A stretch of 62,651 bases of DNA, counting the filler, from Rhabdomonas costata (Eukaryota): assembly GCA_019059605.1 (NCBI GenBank). It is 37 parts of 37 records of this genome, joined end to end, with 100 filler letters (N's around TTAATTAATTAA, not from the genome) between each part and the next. Parts side by side here need not be neighbours in the genome. Positions count along the whole stretch, not along the records: positions 33,923 to 35,518 come from JAHMHO010012354.1; positions 35,619 to 37,214 come from JAHMHO010012355.1; positions 37,315 to 38,910 come from JAHMHO010012356.1; positions 39,011 to 40,605 come from JAHMHO010012357.1; positions 40,706 to 42,301 come from JAHMHO010012358.1; positions 42,402 to 43,997 come from JAHMHO010012359.1; positions 44,098 to 45,693 come from JAHMHO010012360.1; positions 45,794 to 47,389 come from JAHMHO010012361.1; 29 more parts are not named here. The stretch is one strand, 5' to 3'. This document shows, one piece after another, positions 35,138 through 46,870 of this stretch. Numbering within the stretch: the stretch's first letter is position 1; each line of letters begins with the position of its first letter. The position numbers and the translations under genes are program-made. Below the pieces are notes generated by a model that did not search any database, had not been told where the DNA came from, and was given only the letters and a program-made list of their open reading frames with translations.

Positions 35138-36488
35138 GTACGTGTGGAATGCCCGCACTCTCTCTCTCTCTCTCGACAAGGCTCACACCCGCCCTTGGAG
35201 GGTCTTGTCGTGCTCCCCTCTTGAGGCGGTGGGCGATGTTCCGTCGGGCTTGCGACCTGCCAGGAGGGAGACCACTGCGCGAGGAGGGCGCCAAACGATG
35301 GCGGGTGGAGTGACCAGCACATCGGGTTCATCGCCACCGAAGTCGAAGGCATCTCTGAAAAGTGGTCAATTTTCTATTTCGACGCAATTCACCTAATTCT
35401 AGTCTAATTCTAATTCCCCTAATTCTAATCCTAGTGGTAACCATTTTCAACAAGTGTTTAAAGAGCAGCTTCCACAAAATCAACCAATCATAAACTCATT
35501 AACATTCACACATCATTANNNNNNNNNNNNNNNNNNNNNNNNNNNNNNNNNNNNNNNNNNNNTTAATTAATTAANNNNNNNNNNNNNNNNNNNNNNNNNN
35601 NNNNNNNNNNNNNNNNNNGCTACGTGCCTGTGTCCCTGCTGCATGCCCGCTGTCCGTCGCCGGTGGGTTGCCTGCCCCTCTCTCTCTATCGCTGTGCTTC
35701 TGTATTGGCAAGTGGCCCTATGATCTTCGAATCTCCTTACTGGCACCATCCATACTTGCACACCTTTCCACAGACACACGCCTTTTTTCCTGCACCTTTC
35801 TAGTGCGCGGTAATCCGCTTTTGCGGGAGACCCCACCCCCACCCTTTTCCGCCCAGTTCCCTCCTTTTTTTCCACTCATTTCCTAATAGCGCAATGGGTG
35901 GTACTTAGAGGTTTTTGCAATCCTCTGCTCAGTTTTTTGCTTGCTGTTGCATGCTTTGGTGTGTACTGGAACGGCTGGACAGTAGTTTTCGGCGGTAATA
36001 CGTACCCTGCTCCTTACTCTTGCTCCTTGCTGGTGTCTATGAAAGGTGAAACGGGCCGAGTATTGAACGCGATTGTCATTGCTTGTCCAAATGCGCTGCC
36101 GAGTGAAACCTCAGGGTAACGCCATAGCGGAGCCCCTGATGCCGATTAGCACAAAGGAGCGCAAGATAAATCAAAGATGTGCAAGGCTTGTATTCGTGTA
36201 TTGCCAATCAAGTCTTTGTGCTTTTCATAAATTTTGCGGATTATGGGCATGCTTCAGCATTGGCAGGCTTTTGGGAGAAACACAACTTATTAACATTCTT
36301 ACGCCACATTCTTTCGCATTTCCTTTTACCATTTTTTCCTTTGTGACACCATCTAATTCCGCACCGGATATTTTCTTTTTGAAAACCCAAAGTTGGACCC
36401 CACACACTTCCTTCCTGCATCTCTTTCGGTATTTTTGATCCCCTAGCACAAAACGTATTGTATTTAGTGGCTTTGTTTGGTTTTACAG

Positions 36489-36581
36489 GCCTGGTAGGGG
36501 TTTCCTCCTACCACCGAGGTAAACATACCGGGCATCCTCGCGATCATGCTTGGGTCGTCAAAAGCCTGGAAGATTTTCAAG
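36489..36581 (+). CDS. Isolated internal exon, hypothetical protein
   Basis: TTTTACAG|..LVGVSSYHRGKHTGHPRDHAWVVKSLEDFQ|GTAGGT; 93 nt, only one open frame. Confidence 0.45.
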
Positions 36582-37040
36582 GTAGGTTTTTGGGGTTTTC
36601 AGGTCGCAACTTTGGCACGGACCAAATGCAGGGAATATAACCTTCGGAAACTGAGCCTTTTGCTTGTCAACCAAGTTTTGTGTGAAAACCCATTTGGTTG
36701 TCCAGTTTTGCCTTTTCCAGATTTTATAGCACCACATTACCCCCTTGGTTTTTGAAATCAAAAGGAAAACACGTGCTTTCTACGTACCGTAGAATGTGTT
36801 GTTGCCCTATTCGGCATTTTGTCAGACAACCAACGAGATATGGTCCCATTAATTTGCAAAAATTGGTTGCGGCAGGGGCTTAGGAAGGCTTTTCAGAGAG
36901 CCGATCCGCCGGAAAAGGGGGGAAAACACGGGTTTCACGCGTTCAAAGGGGCCACGCGGCTTGAGTCCGAGCTTAAATATAAAATTTCTTGTCACATTCC
37001 CCGCTTGCAGCTTTCTAGCACCTTCCCTTCACGTCATGGT

Positions 37041-37085
37041 CTCTCGCTCGCTCGCTCGCTCGCTCGCTCTCTCTCTCTCTCTCTC
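37041..37085. repeat. Compound (GCTC)n(TC)n microsatellite
   Basis: Direct reading. Confidence 0.9.
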
Positions 37086-38143
37086 GACGGCGGCGGCGGC
37101 ACGACGTCATCATCAATTTCACAACTGATCCCGTACTCAAAAGATCCCCTTCTCGAAGTCGGCTGCCGTAAACCACAGGCACGGGCACCAACCAACCCAA
37201 ACACACAAAACACANNNNNNNNNNNNNNNNNNNNNNNNNNNNNNNNNNNNNNNNNNNNTTAATTAATTAANNNNNNNNNNNNNNNNNNNNNNNNNNNNNN
37301 NNNNNNNNNNNNNNTGGGAGGGTCTTTTTGGGGTGACGGTGTCCAGAAATCTGTGCAGTGTGAATAGATTTTCTGGGGGTGTCTTTGTTCGCGCGACTCA
37401 CGCTCACCACCCACCGAAGCTTTTTTGCAACGTACTGACGCTTTGTCCTTCGTGTAGCAGCTTTTTAGCGTCCATTCCGAACATCGTCAATTGCTCAGGG
37501 AATTATTCACTCATCCAAAGTGGCGGCAGTTCCTCAAGCACAAAAACACAATTTCCTTGGGAGTGCACGTTGCCTGTGTCGGAGCGACTTCAGATGACCG
37601 TAGAAATCTCACGGATGTTTCTCCATTTGAACGCATAGGGTGTGCTGTATATCGATCGACGTTTTTGCCCACTCGGACTCTGGTTCGTTTATCTGTTACT
37701 CCTCTTCATCGTCGGCAGTGAGGCCGCTGTAAGGGACTAATTGTTTTTGGCAACACCAGGGAGCACGCCATGGTTGGCAGTGAAGAGAAACCGTGAATCA
37801 AAAGCTTTTTCCAGCTGAACGTTGAAAAATACGGGGGGGTGGGGTTGAACCCGACAGGCAAGCGACCTCATCCCTTCCGCGTCGCAGCACTCGCCCGCCG
37901 CTCATGCCTGTGTGGAAACGGTCTCAATCCCTCCGAAACATGTGTGCGCGCGCGTTTCCACAGTGTTTGCGTGTCTGATCTTCGTCGCGTTGTTTTGGAT
38001 GGGAAGCCTTCTGTGACTCTGGCAAACGCAACCTCATCTCCCAATTCTCCGCTCGATATCTGAGCGAGGCAACCCCCAGAGCGACGCCTTGAGCCGTGGC
38101 CACTGCCGCTGCTGCTTCCGCTGAAACCGAAGCAGAGGCGAAA

Positions 38144-38458
38144 ATGAGCTCCCCGGTTTTCCAGGGCTCTTGTGGGGAGGTGAAGGGGCCGGAGGAAGGC
38201 TCCAGCCCGCGGTGGATGGGGGAGGTCACCCTTCGGCTTCGCGGCGGAGCCGCGGTGACGTCCGAATGCGGGGCGGCGCGGGTGGGTCACAGCAACCTCA
38301 TGCTGCAGTGGAGGGAGGCAGGGGGCACCGCGCACACCGCGGTGAACGCCCTGCTCAACCGCAAGCGCAAGGAGACGCAGAGGTTCTACAACGAACTCTG
38401 CAGGCACGTGCAGCTGATGAGGCACTGGAAGGCCCAGGTCCGCTGGGAAGGGGGGATG
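38144..38458 (+). CDS. Hypothetical protein, probable first exon
   Basis: GC-rich frame MSSPVFQGSCGEV...HSNLMLQWRE...VNALLNRKRKETQRFYNELCRHVQLMRHWKAQVRWEGGM; composition drops after a possible GCATGT donor. Confidence 0.6.
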
Positions 38459-39067
38459 GCATGTGGAGAGTTTGCGGAGAGGAAACACGGGCCTTGGAAT
38501 CAAGCCAAATGGTTTGAGAAAGACGCAGTTGACCTCCTCGGTGGCCTTACCAAAAAAAAAACAATAAGCTTGCGCCATAAGGAGATCTACTTGTCTCTTG
38601 GTGGCCAAATCTATTCTTGAATAGGAGCCCGCGAGTGTGTTCCGAGTGTTGAGGATTGCTGTTATTTTTGTTTGAAGCCGTAATATGTGCTGCACCTTCC
38701 GCTTTGAGTTTTCATGCTATCCTGAGGAAAGTCTTTTTCTGCTTCTGCAGTTTTCGGTGCAGTCTGTGAAAACCCCCTGCTTTATATGTTCATTCTCACC
38801 GTTCATTTTTCTCTCGGCTCCTCCGTTGCAAGCTTTTTGGTTTTCCCGCTCATATATTTTCCCACAAAATCACATCGGTCATTACTGATGTGCGCAGCGC
38901 CCCACACCCCNNNNNNNNNNNNNNNNNNNNNNNNNNNNNNNNNNNNNNNNNNNNTTAATTAATTAANNNNNNNNNNNNNNNNNNNNNNNNNNNNNNNNNN
39001 NNNNNNNNNNGGTTTTTTTGTGTCCTCGTTTTCATGGTTTTCGTTTTCAGGAGTGTGCAACGACGGC

Positions 39068-40508
39068 CACCGTGGAGTTGGCAAAGCAGCTGCAGCTTCC
39101 GTTGGGGGCAAAGCAGATGCCGTGGCCCCAGCAGGGATTCCCCACGGGCCCGGCACACTTCACACTGCAGTCGACCTCCACGTAGCCCACACTGCACTGG
39201 CAGGTGCCATCCCCCAGGCGGCCGTCGTTGCACACTCCTGAAAACGAAAACCATGAAAACGAGGACTCAAAAATTGGACTCAAACCAAAGCTGTCACAGG
39301 GAAAAAATACGCGAAGCCAAATCGACGCAAGACGCAAACGGAAGGGTCTGCTGATGGGCAAAAAATGCGAGGATGTGTTGGTGGATCTGAGGTCATGAAC
39401 GCACGGAAGCGTGGATTGAAGACCGGGCGGGAAGTTCTCATGTGGGAATGTTTTCTTCTAAATGTGCGAAAAAATTGACAACGCCATCCGCCAGATGGAG
39501 TATAATCCAAACACCAATACCAGAATGCATAAGGAGGTGACTTGATGAACCCACGTGCATACCATAAGCACAGTTTGTGCACTGGACAGAGGTAGGCATC
39601 TTGCACCTGGGCTCCCCACCACCCTCGACGGGGACCATCGGGTCTCATCCCCTTATTCTCTCCATGGTTCAATATGCCGCAATATGCAACTCACTCTTGC
39701 AGCGGAGGGTGGGGGCAAACCTGCAAAGCCTACTGTGATCTTATAAAGACATGAATGCCCCGGGCCAAATCAAAAGTAAGAAGCGAGAAACCTGCTGTTG
39801 CCATCCGCATGTCCAGAAACATCGGTGAATCCCACAAAAAAGCAGCCAGACTTACGAGAATAGAGATTTCGTAACCTCTGTCCCTAAACCCAGTTAGGTA
39901 GTTTTCTTGTTGGTGGCACGGACAGTATTTTGTTGCTTTCTTTAAAATGGGGTTGTAATACAAGGTGCGCGCGTTTGTGGGGGGAGGGAGAGGGGATGTG
40001 CTATGCTGCGGCATTGCAACAGGCGTCAAGTGATAAATAGTAGTGCAGTGGTGCTGACTATTCAATGGAGATTTGTCAATACGATAATCGATGGGAGGAA
40101 ACGAGCCACACGCAAACGCTCACATTACCACACGCACACACACACACACACCACCATGGCCGCTGCACGGGTTGCTGGCCCCACCATTGCACTGTGTGGT
40201 GCAGTTGGCCCCGTACCACCCAGGGCTGCACACGCAGCTGTGGTTGACTGAGGTGCCCCCCTGGCCGCACACCACCCTGCACCCCGCTCCCTGCCACCCG
40301 GAGAGGCAGTCCGTGCAGTTTGCACCCGTCCAGTACCCCGTCGAGGAGCTCGTGTAGCACGTGCATAACCCGTCTGTGGCGCTGCATGCCCCGTGGCCGC
40401 TGCACGGCGAGGAAACGCCCCCGCCGCATATGATTGTGCACAGCGTTCCGGCGTAGCCCGAGTTGCAGGTGCAAGCGCCTGAGCCCGAGGCTCCATCCGT
40501 GCAATATC
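39068..40508 (-). CDS. Tenascin/laminin-type EGF-repeat surface protein (exons 40508-40155, 39237-~39068)
   Basis: CTDGASGSGACTCNSGYAGTLC, PCSGHGACSATDGLCTC...GYWTGANC, CVCSPGWYGANC, PCSGH|GVCNDGRLGDGTCQCSVGY. Confidence 0.92.
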
Positions 40509-40885
40509 CTAGAGAAGAACAAGGAAAGGGGTGCGCGCCAGGATAATCTTCTGCTAGTCTTTAGAAGCGAGGCTAAATTAGAAGCGGAGCTAAACCAAAA
40601 CCCCANNNNNNNNNNNNNNNNNNNNNNNNNNNNNNNNNNNNNNNNNNNNTTAATTAATTAANNNNNNNNNNNNNNNNNNNNNNNNNNNNNNNNNNNNNNN
40701 NNNNNTGTTGTGTGTTGTTCACCGGTGATGATAGATGAGTACTGAAGCAAATCCACCTGCAAAGCACGGCTTTACAGCTACCGTCGATCCCCCCCGCGCA
40801 AAAAAAACTTGATGATAATGAGATCAGCGCAGTGCAGAGATGAATCCCACAGAGAAGAAAAAAAACTGTGAGTACGAGCAGATGC

Positions 40886-42078
40886 CTGCACGAAACCACG
40901 CGAAGGTAATGTATGCGTCCACGACTTTCAGGGAGACATTCTCAGAGACGTACCGCAGCCCCTTGATGAAGATTCGGCCCGCCAGCGGAGCCACAGACAC
41001 CCCCTCTGAAGAAATGAACAAAACTGCACGATGATCGATACTGTCGATAATTCCCTCACAAGTATGCTCCGCGAGATGTCAAATGTGAAAACTCAGAGAA
41101 AGCCGAAAAAAAAAGACGTACATTGAAAAGGCTCCCTTTGCGCAGTCCAGGCAGCGAAAAAATTGTATGTTTTGCATCATTTTCTCGCTCCATGCGATTG
41201 ACTCGCAGATCGCAGAATTTAACGTACAACAAATAGAAATCCCTTTTGGAATGGCGCGGGCGGGCATATCTGTGCACTAAGAAGAATAATGAGAATGGGG
41301 GGGGGGGCGTCCAACGCCGACACGCCGTTCAACTACAGAAAAATTTTCACCTAACAAAATCGTTACCTCAGGGGCAGTGGCGGTGATAGTATACCCCTTT
41401 TTGGCAAAAAACATCATATTGTGGGTGCAGTCACACTTTACCTAGCTCCTTAACTCCTGTGCTTGAAAAATAACTCCACCAAAAACCAAAAAAATTGTGT
41501 TTGTGCGTGTCACGATAACGTCAAATGCCCCCCCCCCGTACAATCCCAGAATCAGAATCAGAATCAGAATCAAAAAGAGAAGGCAAGAAAAAAGGAGCAC
41601 ATCAGAATCCGTTCGGCTTAAGTTGGGATTAGGACTTTTGACGTCTTCAATTTGCACTCCCCTTGAAACCCCTTCTTCAAGAGAAGAGTTAGGTTGCAGA
41701 TGCGGGGGCATTGAGGCTGAGTGAGGATCGGAGCGGGGCCACCCGCGTGCGCAACTGGAGCCAACATCGAAGCAAAGAGATGCTGCGTCGCAGGTTGTGG
41801 ACCTGTTGAAGCTGCGCCTTGCTTTTGTTTTCGTTCTTGTGAGTTAGTAATGCTTCTTGCCTTCACGCTGAATCCCCGAAATTCGGGTTGCTTTGCTGGA
41901 GCGGACCTTTGGCGTTGGTGTGCGTGCGAGCGGTACAACGGCCTGTGGCGTACCAATGGTAATGTACACGTTCTTCTTCCACAAGAACATGGCCGACAGG
42001 AGGGTGAGCAGCCAGCCCAACGCCCTTGGAAGGATCCACGATTGCAAAATGAGGAAAGACAAAACAAGACCAGATGAT
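40886..42078 (-). CDS. BLTP1: BLTP1/KIAA1109/Csf1/Tweek-like bridge-like lipid transfer protein, N-terminus (exons ~42078-41954, 41005-40886)
   Basis: Spliced LVLSFLILQSWILPRALGWLLTLLSAMFLWKKNVYITI|EGVSVAPLAGRIFIKGLRYVSENVSLKVVDAYITFAWFR parallels the remembered BLTP1/Csf1 N-terminus (TM, R..G..LT, YIHIGS.S.S.L.G+I....+.Y..E+.S+++.DG.I.F.WW). Confidence 0.75.
41548..41571. repeat. (AGAATC)4 intronic microsatellite
   Basis: Direct reading. Confidence 0.9.
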
Positions 42079-42802
42079 CTGTGCCACTACTCACTCTGAG
42101 CAAATTACCGCTGGACCCCCCCCTCCCAGTACTTCTGTTTGGCCACGACTACCTTTCGCTTTATACCGAAGTTCACTTATGCTGTATGACACCCAGAGTG
42201 AGGGGCAAAGGCAGCTGCCGTATCGGCGAGAGTTAAGTGCAGACTGCATAGCGCCTGAGCTCAAAAACCCTCTCCTCTCGAACACTTTCCTTCTACTGTC
42301 TNNNNNNNNNNNNNNNNNNNNNNNNNNNNNNNNNNNNNNNNNNNNTTAATTAATTAANNNNNNNNNNNNNNNNNNNNNNNNNNNNNNNNNNNNNNNNNNN
42401 NCTATCCTGGATGCGGTATCCCTTCTCTTGGTTGGCATTTAACTTCCCCTTTGCCACATTTTGCGAAATGAATCGCTACCAAATCATTATTCTGCAAAAT
42501 TATCGTAAATCTCCCATTCCGGCACGGCGAGTTGCACTTCGGAGTGCATGTGGCTTTCATCGCTAGATGCCCGCACGCCCTCTATCCCAACACTCTCCAG
42601 AAAATCGTGATGCCGTCCATAGCCGCTGTTCTTCTCTGTTATGCTTTGGAATTAGGCAAACGCTGGGACCAAGAAGCAGGTCTGTGTATGTGCCTCTAAA
42701 CCAAACGAGGGTGCGATCGGCAGCAGTTCTGTACTATGTGAAAAGCGTATGGAAGGCTCCGCACCAGAGATGAGCTGTACCTCTTTTCTGCCCCATGTTC
42801 AG

Positions 42803-43903
42803 AGGACTCCGTTCCCCTTGGCACACCCAGCGGGGGCAGGCGAACCTCCGTGATCCTACACTGCTGGAGGTCGCTGCCCAAGCTGACCTTGGACACACTT
42901 GTTGAGTTCTACGCGAAGGTATGTGTGTGTATTGGTGTGTAGTCCAAATAGTCTTTTTCACGGCTGCACCTGCAGGGTTTTCACGTATAGGTAGGCAGGC
43001 AGGCTGTAAACCTGAACGTTAAACGTTACGTGACATTCCCAAAGGCCTCCTTCGCACCACCGAAGACTGAGGGAAGGCGTGCCGATCGGGCCCAGACCCG
43101 GTCCAGCACGGGGGAGTACCGTGGGCGATGTCGTTTTGGTGTTTTCTCCCAGCAAGAGACTCGTGATCGTCATGCACGTGCATCGTGCGCATATGCTTGC
43201 ATGTATGCACATATATGAGTGTTGGGCAGAGGCCACGAGCTGATAGTATTCGATTGCTGTCAGCAGTCCAGCAGCTTAAATGTGTATTGCACATGGTTAT
43301 TTATCTGGAAAGGGAACATTGCCCACCACATGGAACGTTCCACTCCATCTCCCCACTCCGGCCGCGGACTGGCCTCCGCAGCACTGCTCTCCGCACCTAA
43401 AATAAATTGAATCCGGTTTTATAGCGATCTTCTGGAACCATTCATTGCTCTTGTGTTCACCTGACAATCGTTTCGCATTTGCTTAACGGCTAACACCCCT
43501 CCCCTCGAAAAAAATACAGGTGTTCCCATCTTGGTCGGCTATGGCTTGAACAGAAGCAGTGAAGCTGACGTTAGCACGTTCACCCATCTTCATGTTGTGC
43601 CACCATTCATCCAACTGTCAGGACCGTGTCCTTCAGGCCCGACCGCTTTAGACGGGGTTGCAGTTCGGTTTTGCGCAGTTTTGTTCCCGGCTTGACGAGT
43701 TCATTCCTCTCCTCTTCTCCGCTTTGCCACAGGGCCTGGGCCACTTCGCCTCGGGGGACCTGGAGGAGGCCGCGCGGTGGTTTGAGAATGCTCAGCGCAC
43801 GGTGCCCGAGGACGGCCCCACTCAAATCCTACTACAGCTGTGCCGGGCTGGGCGGACCCCGGGCACGAGGTGGGACGGGGTGATCCGGTTTGAGCAGAAG
43901 TGA
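42803..43903 (+). CDS. C-terminal TPR-like tail typical of class III adenylate/guanylate cyclases (exons 42803-42918, 43733-43903)
   Basis: LVEFYAK|GLGHFASGDLEEAARWFENAQRTVPEDGPTQILLQLC...WDGVIRFEQK* matches the Y..GL..Y..G.W..A...F......P.DGP......C....WDGV....K tail; the catalytic domain is not in the contig. Confidence 0.78.
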
Positions 43904-44346
43904 GTAAATCCAGAAGCCGCCCGTTTTTTGAATGCATTTTTGATTTCTTGGGCTTCTGGAGCAGTGAGGCAGCATTTCTGAAGGCCTCGGAAGCATGNNN
44001 NNNNNNNNNNNNNNNNNNNNNNNNNNNNNNNNNNNNNNNNNTTAATTAATTAANNNNNNNNNNNNNNNNNNNNNNNNNNNNNNNNNNNNNNNNNNNNAGG
44101 TTCTTCTGTGGGAATTCCAAATGAATGGGCTCTGCCGCATGGGTCGGAACAAATTGTGGCATGGTATTGATGTCTATAATATTTGAGCAATCCGTTCTTT
44201 CTCTGAAGCGGGGGAAAGTGCAAATTTCTTTCGCAGTAAACATAGAATACATCAGTGGAGCATCCAGACACGAACATACACAACAACATATGAACAGGGC
44301 AGCACACGTACAGCAGCATCAAGAAATGCCATCTGAGGATGAATGA

Positions 44347-45450
44347 CTACCTAGTCCGAGTGCGTCCCAGCGCTCCCTCACCAGAGGTCAGCTGCAAAGT
44401 ATTGTATGCGCTTCGCAGCTCCGCGTACTGCACCCGTAGCAGATCCAGCTCCTGCCTCAACTCCACTGTCCTACCCGTGCCACCGGACGTTGTAGAAGCG
44501 GAGGAGGAGGGTCTCTCCCCCGCAGCCAGGGGACTCAGTCGCCCCGCACTGGCGGACGCACTTCCTACACAGCCCCCGCTGCCGCTGGAGCTCTCTGAGG
44601 ACTTTGAGCGGGACCGGAGCTCGGCCTCCAGCAGCTGCCTCTGCTGGTCCAGCGTGGCACGGTGGAGGGCAGTCTCCTTGGCGTGGGCCGCGTTGAGGCT
44701 GCGGAGCTGCTGCTTTAGGGAGCGGTTTTCGTCCCGGTACATCGAGAGCTTTTCCTGCAAAAGAACCACAACAGGGGGAAGGCACGAGGTGTTATGCGAA
44801 AGCGATGGAGGATGGATATGTGGGTAGGGGATTATGGTGATTCAGTCTGTGTCACCGATAACAGGGTGAGCAATGTATGGAACCAGGAAATTGAGGAAAC
44901 CGCTCATGAACGTGCACATAATGCGACGTGAAGCGCGTGGAAAAGGCTGTACCTAGATAATTTGGCGAAACGAGGGTCCTTTGAAATAGAGATGCTGGGG
45001 AGGCAGGTGGGAAGGAACTGTCTCTGTTAAACCCTTCACGCCACCCACGCGTCAGCACCTAGCAAAGGGCAGCGTTTCCGTTCGGGGCCGAACATGTACC
45101 ATCTTTACAAAAGACGACCATTAAAGCGGATACTCGGACTCCCATCTGACCAAACGACGCAAACAAAACTCAAAGGCACCAGGAAGTCGTTGCGGAACTC
45201 CTTGCACGCATACACGCACGCTCTCCCCAAAGAACACACCGCCGCAGTGAGGCTGTCCGCCTTCGCGGAAGGGATGCGGGCGTCTGCTCCCAGGGAGGGG
45301 CGGCCTGCAGCTGGGCCAGCGCCACCGCCCGCGGCCACCTTGTGCTCCAGCAGGACGGCCTTCTGCTGCTCACTCCGCAGCGTGGCTTCCGCAACACTAA
45401 GCTGCTCTGCCTGCTCACGCAGCTGCGCCCTCAGAAGGTCCACCAGCTCG
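44347..45450 (-). CDS. Coiled-coil protein (exons 45450-45240, 44754-~44382/44347)
   Basis: Heptad-rich ELVDLLRAQLREQAEQL... and EKLSMYRDENRSLKQQLRSL...; in-phase GT-AG join. Confidence 0.75.
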
Positions 45451-46290
45451 CTGCGCACACACAATCGAGAAAAAATCAAAGGTACGGAAGCACATAAAGA
45501 CCACTCTCGTCTCCGCAGAGAAAACCAAAAACCAAGAAAACTCACCTGAGCCCACTCCAGCACATCGAGCAGCAAACGACGAACGCATGATCGACACGGA
45601 GGGGAGCTTGGCGCAAATGGCTCGGCGCACCGCCTTCCCTTCTCGGATCAAATCATCACCACCGCATTCAGAAGTCACCATTACCCACCACAANNNNNNN
45701 NNNNNNNNNNNNNNNNNNNNNNNNNNNNNNNNNNNNNTTAATTAATTAANNNNNNNNNNNNNNNNNNNNNNNNNNNNNNNNNNNNNNNNNNNNGGGGGGG
45801 GGTAAAAGGGAGCGCAGACAAGTTGGAGGGGTCCAGGCTCGCACCTTATCGGGGTTGGAGCGACGGCCAGGGCTTCGCTTGTTTGGAGTGCACGTCGCCG
45901 TCTGCCCACGCTGCTGTGAGGAAGACATCGAGCGCGCCCGCGCAAGCCAAGCGCAAACCACAAGGCCGACAGAAAAGAAAGCGAAGAGAGTCCTGCGAGT
46001 CATGCGAGGACGATGCAAGGTCACGAGCAACAGCAAGGCAATGCTTTGGCAAAAGGCTGTGGCAGAGAGACCTTGGTCTTAGCAATTACAAAAGCTGCCT
46101 ATGAAAGCACCGCACATTACTTAACTTGCATGCACTATTCACCAGCATGCGCAAGCGTGCAGGAGTGCCATACAGCCCATGGTGTGTTTGCACATTCGTG
46201 GTCAGGCGGTTTTGTTTGGTGCGCATGCTGCGTGCACGGGACGCAGGTGCTTGTATAGCGTGCCTTGACCTTGGTGTCATAGCAGTTCAG

Positions 46291-46422
46291 GATCATTATA
46301 TACAGCCTGCTGAAGACGATGGCAATTACTTGGGGTCTGAGGAGACCATGTTTGAAATGCGTTTTGAGGTGTACTCTCGTTACAAGCGGGCGGAAAGAAG
46401 TGAGGCACTTCAAACGCTTTAA
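46291..46422 (+). CDS. Possible terminal exon, hypothetical protein
   Basis: CAG|DHYIQPAEDDGNYLGSEETMFEMRFEVYSRYKRAERSEALQTL*. Confidence 0.45.
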   Translation, partial: DHYIQPAEDDGNYLGSEETMFEMRFEVYSRYKRAERSEALQTL

Positions 46423-46679
46423 AAAAATTCAAATGCTTTCAACGTCCCTGTTTACCACTTCGGCCACAAAACAAAGCGATACGGCAGCGCAGTAAGGGGT
46501 TGGAAGGTCGAGGATATTTTGCCGTCGCAGGTCCAACACCTCTTTTTACCCCAAAACATATATCGCCCGTAAAAGTACACGAAATGTGATATTTATCCGT
46601 GGGTTGAGATGACTACCCACGTTGGGTGGCGTAAGGTGGCCCATGTATAAGGGTGCAGGTTCTGCGCCCCGTGGTCAGC

Positions 46680-46870
46680 TCACAGGCCACTCCGACGAGC
46701 GTACGAGTACTGCCGCAGAGAGTCGATCGCGACAAGGTCCTCTTCTTTGAGTGCAAAGTCGAACACCGCGGCGTTCTCGATGATGTGTGCAGGGTCCTCG
46801 GACCGCGGCAGCACGACGCAGCCGCGCTGCATGGCCCACCGAAGCAGCACCTGCGCGAGCACCACCCCCA
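46680..46870 (-). CDS. Aldo-keto reductase family, terminal exon
   Basis: AQVLLRWAMQRGCVVLPRSEDPAHIIENAAVFDFALKEEDLVAIDSL is the canonical AKR C-terminus; CTAAC branch-like motif and CAG acceptor. Confidence 0.92.
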
